Shown here one piece after another: positions 1 to 9,844 of a stretch of DNA of 64,000 nt. The notes beneath the pieces were generated by a model, which was not told the DNA's origin, made no database searches, and was given only the letters and a program-made list of their open reading frames with translations. Numbering within the stretch: the stretch's first letter is position 1; the number at the start of each line of letters is the position of its first letter. The position numbers and the translations under genes are program-made. This DNA is from an uncultured delta proteobacterium (GTDB taxonomy: Bacteria; Desulfobacterota; Desulfomonilia; UBA1062): NCBI GenBank assembly GCA_963785235.1, contig CAWAUM010000001.1, positions 640,001 through 704,000 on the forward strand, written 5' to 3'.

Positions 1-64
1 GTCCGGCCACGCTCAGAATGGCTATGACGAGAATGAGCAGTTTCCACCGTAGTCTCTTCTTCAT
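1..64 (-). CDS. 5' end of an exported or membrane protein running off the window
   Basis: ATG at 64 reads MKKRLRWKLLILVIAILSVAG: basic N-region plus hydrophobic H-region. Confidence 0.5.
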   Translation of the reverse strand, partial: MKKRLRWKLLILVIAILSVAG

Positions 65-333
65 CCTGATAGATCTCACCCCGGATTGCTTCGGCAAGAC
101 AGCCTCTCTTATTTCTGATCACCGCATCCTGCTAACTAGTAATAAATATAATGCAGAATTTTGAAGAATCAACTTGGGCACAGAGCCGGCAGTTTCAAAA
201 AGGCAGCGTTATTTAATCAAAGGTACGCTGTATTGATATAATTTGTGGTGGTTATTATATAGTATGCAGCACTATAGAAAATTATAGTGAGATCATCATT
301 GGGAGATCAATAAAATTCTTCATATGGTACGTC

Positions 334-543
334 TTGACTGGGATATGGGTGGTGCTCCTGATCCAGAGTTTCATAGCCTCCATGATAGCTGTGAAGGTTA
401 TTCTGTACAGAAAGATCAGGGTTTCGTTGAAGGAAGGAAAGGTAGCAAGAGATCGCTGTTTCGCAAGACGAAATCCAAAGCAAGATGAAAGACGCTGGAG
501 GAAAAGGTCGAGGATTTCCATCCCGAAGCATCTCGACTTGTAA
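334..543 (+). CDS. small hypothetical membrane protein (true start possibly further upstream)
   Basis: Hydrophobic segment followed by a basic tail; frame is open upstream of the TTG; ends 24 nt before the next gene. Confidence 0.3.
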   Translation: MTGIWVVLLIQSFIASMIAVKVILYRKIRVSLKEGKVARDRCFARRNPKQDERRWRKRSRISIPKHLDL

Positions 544-567
544 AGTCTGAAAAAGGAGGAATCAACC

Positions 568-1068
568 ATGTACGAAGGATTTATGAACCTCATTGAAAAA
601 CATGCTGAGAAAATCACCAAGGAAGTTGTTAAAGACGTCCAGACCCGGGAAGAAACCAGGCATTACTGGGAGATCTCAGAGGACGTAACAGAAGATCGCA
701 TTTCCCAGGTGGTTCGCAACGTGTATTTAAGGCTCGGAAACTGGCTGAGCAAGGACAAGCCAAAAAATACCCTGTTTGCTTACTATTCCGATCTTGGCGC
801 AAACCGGTGCAAGGAAGGCTTTCCTCTGGACGAGGTCGTCATGGTCTTTCAACTCATCAAGAGGGCTATCTGGCATGAGCTCAGGGATCAGATTGCGGTG
901 GACAGCGGCTTTACACTGAACCAGTTCATGGAGATCAATTACTACGTGAATTTGTTCTTTGACCGGATCATCCATGCCCTTGTTACCGGCTACCAAGAGG
1001 AATTGGGAAAGACTGTTACGAACGCTGGAAAAGAAAAGCTGCTCCTGACAAAGATCTTCAAGAAATAA
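568..1068 (+). CDS. stand-alone RsbRD/HisK N-terminal-like (non-heme globin-like) domain protein
   Basis: RBS AGGAGG; pattern 'LGANRCKEGFPLDEVV...FFDRIIHALVTGY' typical of this helical sensor domain. Confidence 0.65.
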   Translation: MYEGFMNLIEKHAEKITKEVVKDVQTREETRHYWEISEDVTEDRISQVVRNVYLRLGNWLSKDKPKNTLFAYYSDLGANRCKEGFPLDEVVMVFQLIKRAIWHELRDQIAVDSGFTLNQFMEINYYVNLFFDRIIHALVTGYQEELGKTVTNAGKEKLLLTKIFKK

Positions 1069-1176
1069 AAGATTCCAGGCCCACAGAGTGTATGCATGAG
1101 GGCCCCAGAGAAAATATCGTGACCAATGATTACTGATAAGAAGCCCTTATGGGCGTCAAGACGAAAGGAGAAAAAC

Positions 1177-1566
1177 ATGAGGATCCTGATGTACTACGAC
1201 GGGACAGAATATGCCAGGGATGCCCTGCCTGTGGTGAAGATGCATGCAAAGGCCTTTCTGGCCGCTGTAGATATAGTGTGCTCGCTTCACAAGGGTGGAG
1301 AGCCGCAGCTTGATGAGATTGATAGATTGGAAACCGATCTTGCATATCTCAAGGTTGTCCTGGAAAAGGAGAAGATTACTACCGAGACGCACCTCCTGAT
1401 CAAAGGCAATGATGCAGGTGAAGATGTAATCCGTTTCGCCAAGGAGCGCCAGGTGGATGAGATCATCATGGGGACTGAAAAGAAATCCAGGGTTGAGAAA
1501 TTCATACTGGGCTCAGTAGCTCAGCATGTGATCATCAATGCCCATTGTCCGGTGGTTATCGTCTGA
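1177..1566 (+). CDS. universal stress protein (UspA family)
   Basis: MRILMYYDGTE...DEIIMG...FILGSVAQHVIINAHCPVVIV; RBS AAGGAG before ATG 1177. Confidence 0.9.
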   Translation: MRILMYYDGTEYARDALPVVKMHAKAFLAAVDIVCSLHKGGEPQLDEIDRLETDLAYLKVVLEKEKITTETHLLIKGNDAGEDVIRFAKERQVDEIIMGTEKKSRVEKFILGSVAQHVIINAHCPVVIV

Positions 1567-1758
1567 TTGAGTGGTTGTTCTATTGAAGCTGTATGCATTG
1601 CGGGAGCATCAGTGGGACGAGTTGCTCATGATGCACAAAGAGCAGATTAGACTGCTGAACTTGCTGATAGAAGATCGCAAAGGGGTAAAGCAGGAGAGGA
1701 AATAGGCCCTTCAGAATACACCACGCAAAAGACAGGGCACCTTTATCTTCCTGGATTC

Positions 1759-3024
1759 TTACCCCTCTTTTGCCTGGGGTTTCCTGGTCAGGAATCCTGA
1801 CAAAAATAACGCCAGCAATGTGTATGTAAGGAACAGGTAATAGCCCGGCTGGAGGGAAGTGCCATTCGTTGTTAAGATCTCCATTCCCTTGCAGAATGAT
1901 TTTAATTGATCGAACTGGCTGGCAATAATTCCATTAAATCCTATATATGCCATGAATATGGCAACAACCATGACATCGGCCATGGACCATTTCCCGGATT
2001 TTAAAACAAAAAACTTAATCACCGGGTTCTCCCTTGCCTGGTGATAATTGTAATAATACCCCATTGTCGAGGTTATTTTTAACAGGGGAAATAGAACACT
2101 GAAGGTAATCATCAAGACCCCGACAAACTTCATCTGAATATCCTTGTGAGTAATCATGATCCAGAATACATCCAGAATGCTTTTGCTTTGGAAATACAAG
2201 ACCTGGCTCTCAAAATGGATGGCATGCCCCATCAACACAAAACTCATCAGTGATACTTTTGCTTCAAGATCTATCATGGGCGTTATAACGCCGGGCACCA
2301 GCAGTATGATAAGAGACAGAACAAGGAGTATATACCGGGCCGGGGCCAAGGGGTGCTTGCTGAAACCGGACAAGGCAAACAGGATAACCGACAGAGTGAT
2401 CAGCAAGATAGCCTCATAAAAAATCAGGTTCTCCTTATCCGAGATTGCCTTATTGAGGTTGATCCTCGCACTTTCGATATCCTTAGAATGAGTCCAGAGA
2501 AGGATGCGGTTTATTTGAGATCTATCCTGCGTATCGAAGGTTTGGCTGGAATATAGTTCCAGCTGTTTGTTCAGCATGGTCTTTATCTGGTCGCTTGTTT
2601 TCGATTTCGTCATCTCATGTATGATGGCATCCGCATATTCAGGGATGCCTTTTTTGATATCTTCCAGGCTGACAAAAGTATTTATAAAGGATTGCTTGAC
2701 CCAACCCTTCACGGAGCCTGCATTCCCTGCCCTGATTTTTTTGTCGACGAGATCAATAAGTCTATTCAGTTGAACTTCGACATGTTTTCGTAGTTCCTGT
2801 TCATTCGTCCTTGACAAATAAAGCTTATTGATCTCCTCGGTAAGAATAACGGTAATTTGCCGTTTCCATTCGTCAACACTGAAAAGACCGTATTTGACGT
2901 GGTTGAGTTCGGCATAATAGTTTTTGTTCTTCTGGTTGGTAATTGAATTTGAAATAATTTGTTGGCATACAATAACCGATGAGATGATGATTAGTAAGGG
3001 TAAGAACAGTTTGAGCAGTTTCAT
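1759..3024 (-). CDS. paraquat-inducible protein A (PqiA) family membrane protein with long N-terminal soluble domain
   Basis: C-terminal 'FSVLFPLLK' and 'GKWSMADVMVVAIF' PqiA motifs. Confidence 0.8.
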   Translation of the reverse strand: MKLLKLFLPLLIIISSVIVCQQIISNSITNQKNKNYYAELNHVKYGLFSVDEWKRQITVILTEEINKLYLSRTNEQELRKHVEVQLNRLIDLVDKKIRAGNAGSVKGWVKQSFINTFVSLEDIKKGIPEYADAIIHEMTKSKTSDQIKTMLNKQLELYSSQTFDTQDRSQINRILLWTHSKDIESARINLNKAISDKENLIFYEAILLITLSVILFALSGFSKHPLAPARYILLVLSLIILLVPGVITPMIDLEAKVSLMSFVLMGHAIHFESQVLYFQSKSILDVFWIMITHKDIQMKFVGVLMITFSVLFPLLKITSTMGYYYNYHQARENPVIKFFVLKSGKWSMADVMVVAIFMAYIGFNGIIASQFDQLKSFCKGMEILTTNGTSLQPGYYLFLTYTLLALFLSGFLTRKPQAKEG

Positions 3025-3336
3025 TGTAGTGACCTACTTTGATTAACAGGTATATTTGCCTTGACCTGTTATCACTTTAAATAACTATCCTCCTGAAGGA
3101 TTATCTCAAAACCATTACCTCAGAAAGAAAAAGACAGGTTCCAGCCTACCAAGAGAATAATGTGTTTCTATAGCAATAACTAGTGCTGAAAAACCAATTT
3201 TGTAAAAGCATGTACAATTTTAACCAACTTCTCGGTTTGTCAGATATATAACATATTGTTATCACAAGGCCAAAAATACTGGCGCGGTTATTGTATATTC
3301 CAAATGATGGTAATGTCTATGAATATGGGGGAAATT

Positions 3337-3540
3337 ATGAATACTGAAGAACTACGAGCCACACATGGTAATGTGGAGAATGCAAGATTAAGAATCTCCG
3401 ATTTGTTCGCCCAGTGCCTTAATGAAATAGAGAAGACGGCATCTGCAGCAGGTCTTACAATGAGGGATGTCGGCGTCGATGTGGAAAAGTATGTTGTATC
3501 TGGAAATTCATGTATTTTTGAAATGAAGTTGCAGATGTAA
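3337..3540 (+). CDS. small hypothetical protein, paralogue A
   Basis: GGGGG RBS; 67 aa; ungapped similarity to the next ORF. Confidence 0.75.
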   Translation: MNTEELRATHGNVENARLRISDLFAQCLNEIEKTASAAGLTMRDVGVDVEKYVVSGNSCIFEMKLQM

Positions 3541-3583
3541 CATAAGATTTCATAATCGATTCATAGGTAAAAGGGAGGAAATC

Positions 3584-3781
3584 ATGGAACGCATTGTGGA
3601 ACAACAAGCTAATATCGAGCGCACGCGGAAGATGATTTTCGTTCTGCTTACCCAGTGTATCACGGACATCCAAAAGGCAGTCGCCGCATCGGACCTCAAG
3701 ATGCAAGATGTAGGAGTTGGGGTTGAGAAGTACCAGACATCTGGGGATTCATACATCATCGATTTGAAGCTGTGCGTTTAA
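3584..3781 (+). CDS. small hypothetical protein, paralogue B
   Basis: GGAGG RBS; 65 aa; shares QC..I.K and M.DVGV.VEKY..SG.S.I...KL with the previous ORF. Confidence 0.8.
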   Translation: MERIVEQQANIERTRKMIFVLLTQCITDIQKAVAASDLKMQDVGVGVEKYQTSGDSYIIDLKLCV

Positions 3782-3813
3782 AAGATTTTTTTGAGAAACA
3801 GCCATTCCTGCAG

Positions 3814-4161
3814 CTATTCTTTTCCCTTGCGTCGTTGATCCGGCGGCTTTTTGCGTGCATCAATCATATGAAGAAAGGTGAGGATGGGGTGTCGGTAGAG
3901 CATACGGGGGCCGGAATATCTCATCACTGATTGAATCTTTACCTTCATGTTTACGTTGTAGCAGTGCGCCGGGCAAAGGCCGCAGGCAGGTTTATTTTCC
4001 TGAAACGGGCATTTCTGAAGGCGTAGAAGGGAATACTCCAACAGGGAGGTACACTCAGGGCATAGACCGTTTATGTTTCCGTGATGTCCATGGCAGTGCA
4101 GGGCTATCATGGCTTTGATGGTGCGGCGTTCCCGTTCTCTTCTCCGGATTGAGTAAGACAT
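3814..4161 (-). CDS. YgbA / nitrous oxide-stimulated promoter family Cys-rich protein
   Basis: RERRTIKAMIALHC...LCPEC..LLEY...RL.KCPF.E.KPAC..C..HCY...MRYSGPRML..HP. Confidence 0.9.
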   Translation of the reverse strand: MSYSIRRRERERRTIKAMIALHCHGHHGNINGLCPECTSLLEYSLLRLQKCPFQENKPACGLCPAHCYNVNMKVKIQSVMRYSGPRMLYRHPILTFLHMIDARKKPPDQRRKGKE

Positions 4162-4259
4162 AGATGTAATCCCTTTAGGAGTATACGCAATTATAGTGGG
4201 AATGTGAATCTGAAGCTGTTTAGATTGACTGCCCATGGGGCTTGGGTCTGTCCTTTGCC

Positions 4260-5861
4260 TCACACCTCAGGGTGAATGGATGGTTGTGAAGGTTCTTTGT
4301 GCAGCGGAGTGATGGGGATGACAGAGGTAGCGAAGATTTCTGCCTTGTCTGTAAACTCATCCACAACACGATCATACCCGCCCTCCAGGCTGTATGCGAA
4401 ATCATTGTATGCCATTAAGGTGAGGATGGTGGATATCCTCACCCGTTTGCTGAACACCTTGGGCAATATCTTCAAGATGAATCTCGACCGGTCGGTATTG
4501 CGGGATAGGAGCATGCTGCAGAGCCTCAGTGCGAAGATAAGGCGGTAGGCGAACTTAATCGGGTCGAGCTCGTTGGAGTTTTTCCAGAAGTCCATATCCC
4601 AGTAATAGTTCAGCTTTTTCCAGATGGAGTCAAAAGAATACACAGTCTGCACAATCCTTCGGTATCCATCTGAGAGTTCGCTCATAGATAGACTGGGATG
4701 CTTGAAGACAACATGCTTGGCGTCGTACTTGCTCCAGTCCTTGTGGATGATCCTCCCCTCCTTTTCCAGGCGTTTGTACAGCTCTGTCCCGGGAAAGGGC
4801 GTGAGGACATTGATGAGCGGCATGAGGAGATTGGTTTCGTCTATGAAGTCTATCAGCTCATCGAAGATCGCCTCGGAATCAAAGTCATACCCCACGATGA
4901 AGGCGCTGTGGACCATTATACCGTATGACTGGATCTTCTTTATTGCCTCTTTATAATTATATCTCTGGTTGATCTCCTTGTGCATGGCCGCAAGGTTATC
5001 TTTGGAGATGGATTCGAATCCAATGAGAATGGCCCCGCACCCGCTGTCCCTCATGAGGCCAAGGAGCTCATCCTCCTGGGAGATGTTGATGGAAGCCTGG
5101 CACGACCAGTTGAGATTGTGCTCTTTGATGGCCTTGAACAGCTCTCGGGCGAATTGTTTGTTGGCAATGATATTGTCATCGGCAAAGAAGATGGCGTTCT
5201 TTTTTTTATATTTTGATCCCGTGCTGTTGATATCCTCTATCTCGGTGATGACCTGTGCTATGGTTCTGTTCCTGATCTTCTGTCCGTCATAGGCATACAC
5301 CGAGCAGAATTCACAGTGGAAAGGGCAGCCTTTTGTGGTCTGTATGATATTCTGAAGGTAGTTGTCTTTTGAAAGGGAGGTTCTCACCGTTACAGGTGAT
5401 TTTGTCAGATCGGTAAAGGAACCTGCCTTGTAAATCTTTTTCAGCGTTCCCGCTTCGGCATCCTTCAGGAGTGTAGACCAGACATTCTCGGCTTCGCCTA
5501 CGACCACGCTGTCGCAATACTGCTTAGCCTCTTCCGGACACATGGACGGGTGTATGCCGCCCAGGACGGTCTTGACCCCTCTACCCCGGTAGTTACGTGC
5601 GATTGCATAGGCCCTGTTGGCATACATGGTCCTGACGCTGATCCCCACAAGGTCCGCTTCCCAGGTATAATCGATCTCCTCGATATTTTCATCGAACACC
5701 CTGATCTCATGTTGGGGCGGGGTCAATGATGCCAGGGTGGGGATTGCCAGTAAATAGGAGATGTATTTTTTGGAAAGAAGAAAATTCGAATAGAACTTAT
5801 AGTCATAGAAGCTCCTTGATCCATCGGAGCTGTTCTTGGGTATGATTAGGGCAATCTTCAT
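4260..5861 (-). CDS. B12-binding domain radical SAM protein
   Basis: N-terminal cobalamin-binding domain (VLGGIHPS, VVVGEAE); CPFHCEFC CxxxCxxC motif; FADDN; TPFPGT. Confidence 0.92.
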   Translation of the reverse strand: MKIALIIPKNSSDGSRSFYDYKFYSNFLLSKKYISYLLAIPTLASLTPPQHEIRVFDENIEEIDYTWEADLVGISVRTMYANRAYAIARNYRGRGVKTVLGGIHPSMCPEEAKQYCDSVVVGEAENVWSTLLKDAEAGTLKKIYKAGSFTDLTKSPVTVRTSLSKDNYLQNIIQTTKGCPFHCEFCSVYAYDGQKIRNRTIAQVITEIEDINSTGSKYKKKNAIFFADDNIIANKQFARELFKAIKEHNLNWSCQASINISQEDELLGLMRDSGCGAILIGFESISKDNLAAMHKEINQRYNYKEAIKKIQSYGIMVHSAFIVGYDFDSEAIFDELIDFIDETNLLMPLINVLTPFPGTELYKRLEKEGRIIHKDWSKYDAKHVVFKHPSLSMSELSDGYRRIVQTVYSFDSIWKKLNYYWDMDFWKNSNELDPIKFAYRLIFALRLCSMLLSRNTDRSRFILKILPKVFSKRVRISTILTLMAYNDFAYSLEGGYDRVVDEFTDKAEIFATSVIPITPLHKEPSQPSIHPEV

Positions 5862-6199
5862 TATGGCCGTTTTCCTCTCATGGGTTCTAAGGTGAACAAT
5901 AAGGTAGGACTTTTTCTCGGTGGCAAGTGTCAATTCTCCTTACGGGCATAAAATTAAAATTTCAATCCAAGACTCCGGAACCACCGACGATTGTTATATG
6001 ATAACAATTGCAGGCAATAACTGATCTTCGGTGTGACCGTAAGCCTCTTCCATAACAAATGCAATCAGCATATGCCTGTAAAAAGCTGTTTTACCGATAT
6101 TTTACATGAACATGGGTGGAAGGCTTTTTAAACCCTGAAAGAGAATATGACCTTCCCTGAGAATAATTTCAGGAGCGTTTATTCATTTTACCACTGTCA

Positions 6200-6823
6200 T
6201 TACTGATGTGACGCGTCTGGTATAATGGAGGCCAGAGAATCGCTAATCTCCTGGCTGAAAGAATCGATGATACGGTTATAGGCATTTACAAGGGCATTGT
6301 AATCATGTGATCGCACGGGTTCTCTGTATTTCGAAACCTTGTTGATAAGAACCTTTTTAGCCTGTTCGTCCGTAATGGACCATTGGACATGGAACAAGGC
6401 CTGACCACCAAGTGTTCCATCAAGGCGAATCACCTCGGCGGACAGTCTGTATGTGATCTGTTTCGATAGTGTCTTCGGCAGTATCACGATGTCAATGCAT
6501 GGTACTGAGCTCAGGTTTAGTGCGATCACGCGGGTGAGCGTATCTTTTAACGGTTCAGCCCAGATATTGAGCTCTGAAAGTTTGTACTCATTATCATTAA
6601 CCTTTGTCATTATTTGCGGCCGGTCAAGATAGTGGGGTAGATTGATCGGGTTGAGGGCCACGGTAAAGATTTTATCATTTTGACAGGGCTTACGTAATTC
6701 CTTCTGAGAAAGATCAAGGGCATTCAGGACAAAAAACCTTGTAGGTTGTGAAGTTACGCACCCTGTCAGCAGAAAGGGGGTAATGCATAAAAGGATAGAG
6801 ACAAGCAGACGTCGCATAGTCAT
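6200..6823 (-). CDS. PqiC-family ABC transport auxiliary lipoprotein
   Basis: Lipobox LLTGC; 'LPHYLDRPQI' and 'WAEPL'. Confidence 0.9.
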   Translation of the reverse strand: MTMRRLLVSILLCITPFLLTGCVTSQPTRFFVLNALDLSQKELRKPCQNDKIFTVALNPINLPHYLDRPQIMTKVNDNEYKLSELNIWAEPLKDTLTRVIALNLSSVPCIDIVILPKTLSKQITYRLSAEVIRLDGTLGGQALFHVQWSITDEQAKKVLINKVSKYREPVRSHDYNALVNAYNRIIDSFSQEISDSLASIIPDASHQ

Positions 6824-6827
6824 GAGT

Positions 6828-7805
6828 TCATTCTCCCTGATATTCTCTTTTGCCATGCAGCAGGGCTTCGGGATGACGATTGAGATAGTCGGACAGGTTT
6901 TGGAGTGAATCGGAGGCCTCAGAGATTTTTTCCAGTGTCTGGGAGAGTTGATACATTGCCGGTGAATCACCCGAGCTTACGTGCTCCAGGGCCTTGAATG
7001 TCTTTTCGGCCTGCGCCATGGCTGAACGGGCTGCATCGGCTGTCTGTTCAATGCCGGTCTGGAGGGATGATGAGCGTTTGTCAAAGTTCTGCACCATCGT
7101 TCTTGAGTCTGCCAGTGTCCCTTTAATATCCGACGCAATAGGCTCGACATGGCTGTTGATGTTTTCTATGAGCCTTCGCATGTCTTCAAGGGCAAGATTC
7201 ATGTTATGGATGCCCTTTATCAGTTCAGGGGATGTCGCAGCCTTTTCCATTCCCTCGATGGCCGATGTCAGTTTATTTACCAGGGCACCCAGAGGCAGCT
7301 TTTCAATTGTCTTGGTAAACTCCTCAATGCTTGATGGGATGGTGGGTATTTCAGGGTACTTGAATCCCGACCTGGTCAGTTTCACAGGCTTATCTGGATG
7401 AAAATCGAGACCCACCACAAGCTGGCCGGTAAGGAGGTTCTGATACTGGAGCTGTGCCTTGAGCCCCTGTTTGATCAGTCCGTTCAGAAAGGCCTTTGCA
7501 TCTATCTTGCCATGGGAATTCGTGATGCTGTGGGGGTTCAGCTCAGCGAGGACGGCAATCTGAACCGATTTTGTTTCAGGGTTAAAACGCAGGCTGATGT
7601 CGCTGACCGCCCCGACCTTGACGCCCTTGAACATGACCGGGGCGCCGATATTGAGCCCTTTGACCGATCCATCGTAAAACATGACATAGGTGGGCTGGTT
7701 GGAAAAATATCTGCCTGCGCCGAAGGTCATCAGCCCAATGATAGCCAGGATGATGGCGCCCAGGACAAAAGCCCCTACCAATGTTTTACTCGGTTTTATG
7801 TTCAT
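6828..7805 (-). CDS. MCE/MlaD (PqiB-like) protein
   Basis: N-terminal TM; 'GSVKGLNIGAPVMFKGVKVGAV' MCE domain; coiled-coil tail ending 'HPEALLHG'. Confidence 0.92.
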   Translation of the reverse strand: MNIKPSKTLVGAFVLGAIILAIIGLMTFGAGRYFSNQPTYVMFYDGSVKGLNIGAPVMFKGVKVGAVSDISLRFNPETKSVQIAVLAELNPHSITNSHGKIDAKAFLNGLIKQGLKAQLQYQNLLTGQLVVGLDFHPDKPVKLTRSGFKYPEIPTIPSSIEEFTKTIEKLPLGALVNKLTSAIEGMEKAATSPELIKGIHNMNLALEDMRRLIENINSHVEPIASDIKGTLADSRTMVQNFDKRSSSLQTGIEQTADAARSAMAQAEKTFKALEHVSSGDSPAMYQLSQTLEKISEASDSLQNLSDYLNRHPEALLHGKREYQGE

Positions 7806-7835
7806 CTCCTTTTCATCCTTTTTTGTCCTTCAGGA

Positions 7836-8642
7836 TCATCGCCTCGTGGTGTCATTCATATCAAGTCCTTTTGCCCCCCTGGTGAGGAAGGCGATCACTT
7901 TCGGATCGCTCGATTCCTCAAGGAGTTTCTTCGGGTTTCCGAAGGCTAATATTGTTTTGGCCTCCTGGTCAAGGAAGATCGAGGTACTCCCTATGGCGAA
8001 GATGCTCGCCAGGTCATGGGTGATGACAACAACTGTGGTCTTAAGGCTGTCGGACAGCTCAAGGATCAGGTCATCAAGGAGGCGCGCATTGACAGGGTCA
8101 AGCCCGGCCGATGGCTCATCGAAGAACAGTATATCCGGATCCAGTGCCATGGCACGGGCCAGTGCAGCCCTTTTCTGCATGCCGCCGCTGAGCTCTGATG
8201 GATACAGGTTTTCAAAGCCGCGCAGGCCCACAAGAGAAAGTTTGAGAGATACGATTTCGCTGACCTGTTTCGCACTGAGATCCGTATACTCTTCAAGGGG
8301 CAGTGCTACGTTTTCTGCCAGGGTCATGGAACTCCACAGGGCATTTTTCTGATACAGAATCCCCACCTGCTTCAGTATCCTGCTGCGGACATGGTGATCT
8401 GATTCCCAGAAATTAACCGTATTGTAAAAGACCTGGCCCTTTACCGGCTGTTTCAATCCGATCAGAAATTTCAGCAGGGTGCTCTTCCCGCAGCCGTTCC
8501 CCCCCATGATGATGAAGATGTCTCCGCGTTCAATGGAAAAACCAACACCGTCCAGGACGGTATAATTATCATACGCCAGGGTAAGGTCGCGTACCGTGAT
8601 GTGTGCCTTGTTCAAATCAGGACCTTCAGTTGCATGTTCCAT
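7836..8642 (-). CDS. mlaF: MlaF-like ABC transporter ATP-binding protein
   Basis: Walker A GGNGCGKS; signature ELSGGMQKRAALARA; FFDEPSAGLDP. Confidence 0.9.
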   Translation of the reverse strand: MEHATEGPDLNKAHITVRDLTLAYDNYTVLDGVGFSIERGDIFIIMGGNGCGKSTLLKFLIGLKQPVKGQVFYNTVNFWESDHHVRSRILKQVGILYQKNALWSSMTLAENVALPLEEYTDLSAKQVSEIVSLKLSLVGLRGFENLYPSELSGGMQKRAALARAMALDPDILFFDEPSAGLDPVNARLLDDLILELSDSLKTTVVVITHDLASIFAIGSTSIFLDQEAKTILAFGNPKKLLEESSDPKVIAFLTRGAKGLDMNDTTRR

Positions 8643-8644
8643 GA

Positions 8645-9799
8645 TCAGACCTTGAGAATGCTTGTTATGACCGCAATGATCCCGTCAGTGATAACGATCA
8701 GCACAATGCCGACAACCACTGCCCTTGTTGCCGCATAACCTACTGCAGATGCGCTCCTGTCCACGTGCATCCCGTGGAAGCATCCCGACATGGCAATTAT
8801 GACGGCAAAGATAGCACTCTTGATTATCCCGATGTAAAGATGGTTGAGCTTCAACGCCAGGCGTGTCTGCTCATAGTATTGGTTGAGAGGAATATCGTAC
8901 ATGCCCACACCTACGAATGCTCCTCCCAAAATCCCCACGATGTCCGCATAGATGCACAGGAGCGGCATCATCAAGACCAGTGCGATCACGCGGGGCATCA
9001 CCAGAAACTCCATAGGTGAAATGCCCAGGGTCTTCAGGGCATCGATCTCCTCGTTTGTCTCCATGGTGCCGAGCTGGGTGGCAAAGGCGGCGCCTGTGCG
9101 ACCCATCATGATGATGGCTGTCATCATGGCCCCCATCTCGCGTGCCATGCCGATCCCTACGAGATTGGCAATATAGATCTGGGCGCCGAATATCTTTAAC
9201 TGGACTACGCCCACAAACCCCAGGATGAGGCCTACCAGCACACTGATAAGGGATACAATGGGCAAGGCCTGCGCCCCGCATTCATAAATGAGAAGCCCAA
9301 GATCCGAACGGCGGTAACGGGCCTTTCCCCGGAGAAACCTTGTCAGCGCAATAAATGCCTCGCCCAGGAACTCAAGTACGCTTAAAGAATAGCGGACAAG
9401 TTTAAAGGTATGCTCCCCGAGATTGGCAAGAAAAGATGCGTCTGCATTTTTTTCCGGCAGGCCTTCTGCCCCCAAACTCCCTGATGCGAGCCTTAGCAGG
9501 CGTACCACACCTTGCGGCAACCCGAGTGTGTCCATTGTGATCTGTGTGGAAGAACACCGGTCTGAAAGATTGACCAGGAAGGTGAGAAGGCTGCTGTCCC
9601 AGGCATCAAGACTGGAGTAATCGAAGATGATGGTTCGTGTGCCGGGCCTCATGGCGGCCTGGTACATGACCTCATCGGCTGCAGGGTGATCCTGCCCGGT
9701 TTTCCAGGTGCCCTTCAGATGGACAAGAAGGGTTCCTTCTTCGTTCCGGCTGAAATCAAGCGTTCCCGGGGAGGTTGCCATTATTTTGCTTTCATTCAT
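8645..9799 (-). CDS. mlaE: MlaE-family permease with N-terminal STAS domain
   Basis: 'REMGAMMTAIIMMGRTGAAFATQLGTM...EEIDAL'; N-terminal 'WDSS' STAS-like region. Confidence 0.9.
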   Translation of the reverse strand: MNESKIMATSPGTLDFSRNEEGTLLVHLKGTWKTGQDHPAADEVMYQAAMRPGTRTIIFDYSSLDAWDSSLLTFLVNLSDRCSSTQITMDTLGLPQGVVRLLRLASGSLGAEGLPEKNADASFLANLGEHTFKLVRYSLSVLEFLGEAFIALTRFLRGKARYRRSDLGLLIYECGAQALPIVSLISVLVGLILGFVGVVQLKIFGAQIYIANLVGIGMAREMGAMMTAIIMMGRTGAAFATQLGTMETNEEIDALKTLGISPMEFLVMPRVIALVLMMPLLCIYADIVGILGGAFVGVGMYDIPLNQYYEQTRLALKLNHLYIGIIKSAIFAVIIAMSGCFHGMHVDRSASAVGYAATRAVVVGIVLIVITDGIIAVITSILKV

Positions 9800-9844
9800 T
9801 GGTATTGCTTCTATAATAAACCGAATCCAACCACAATTCCACGT

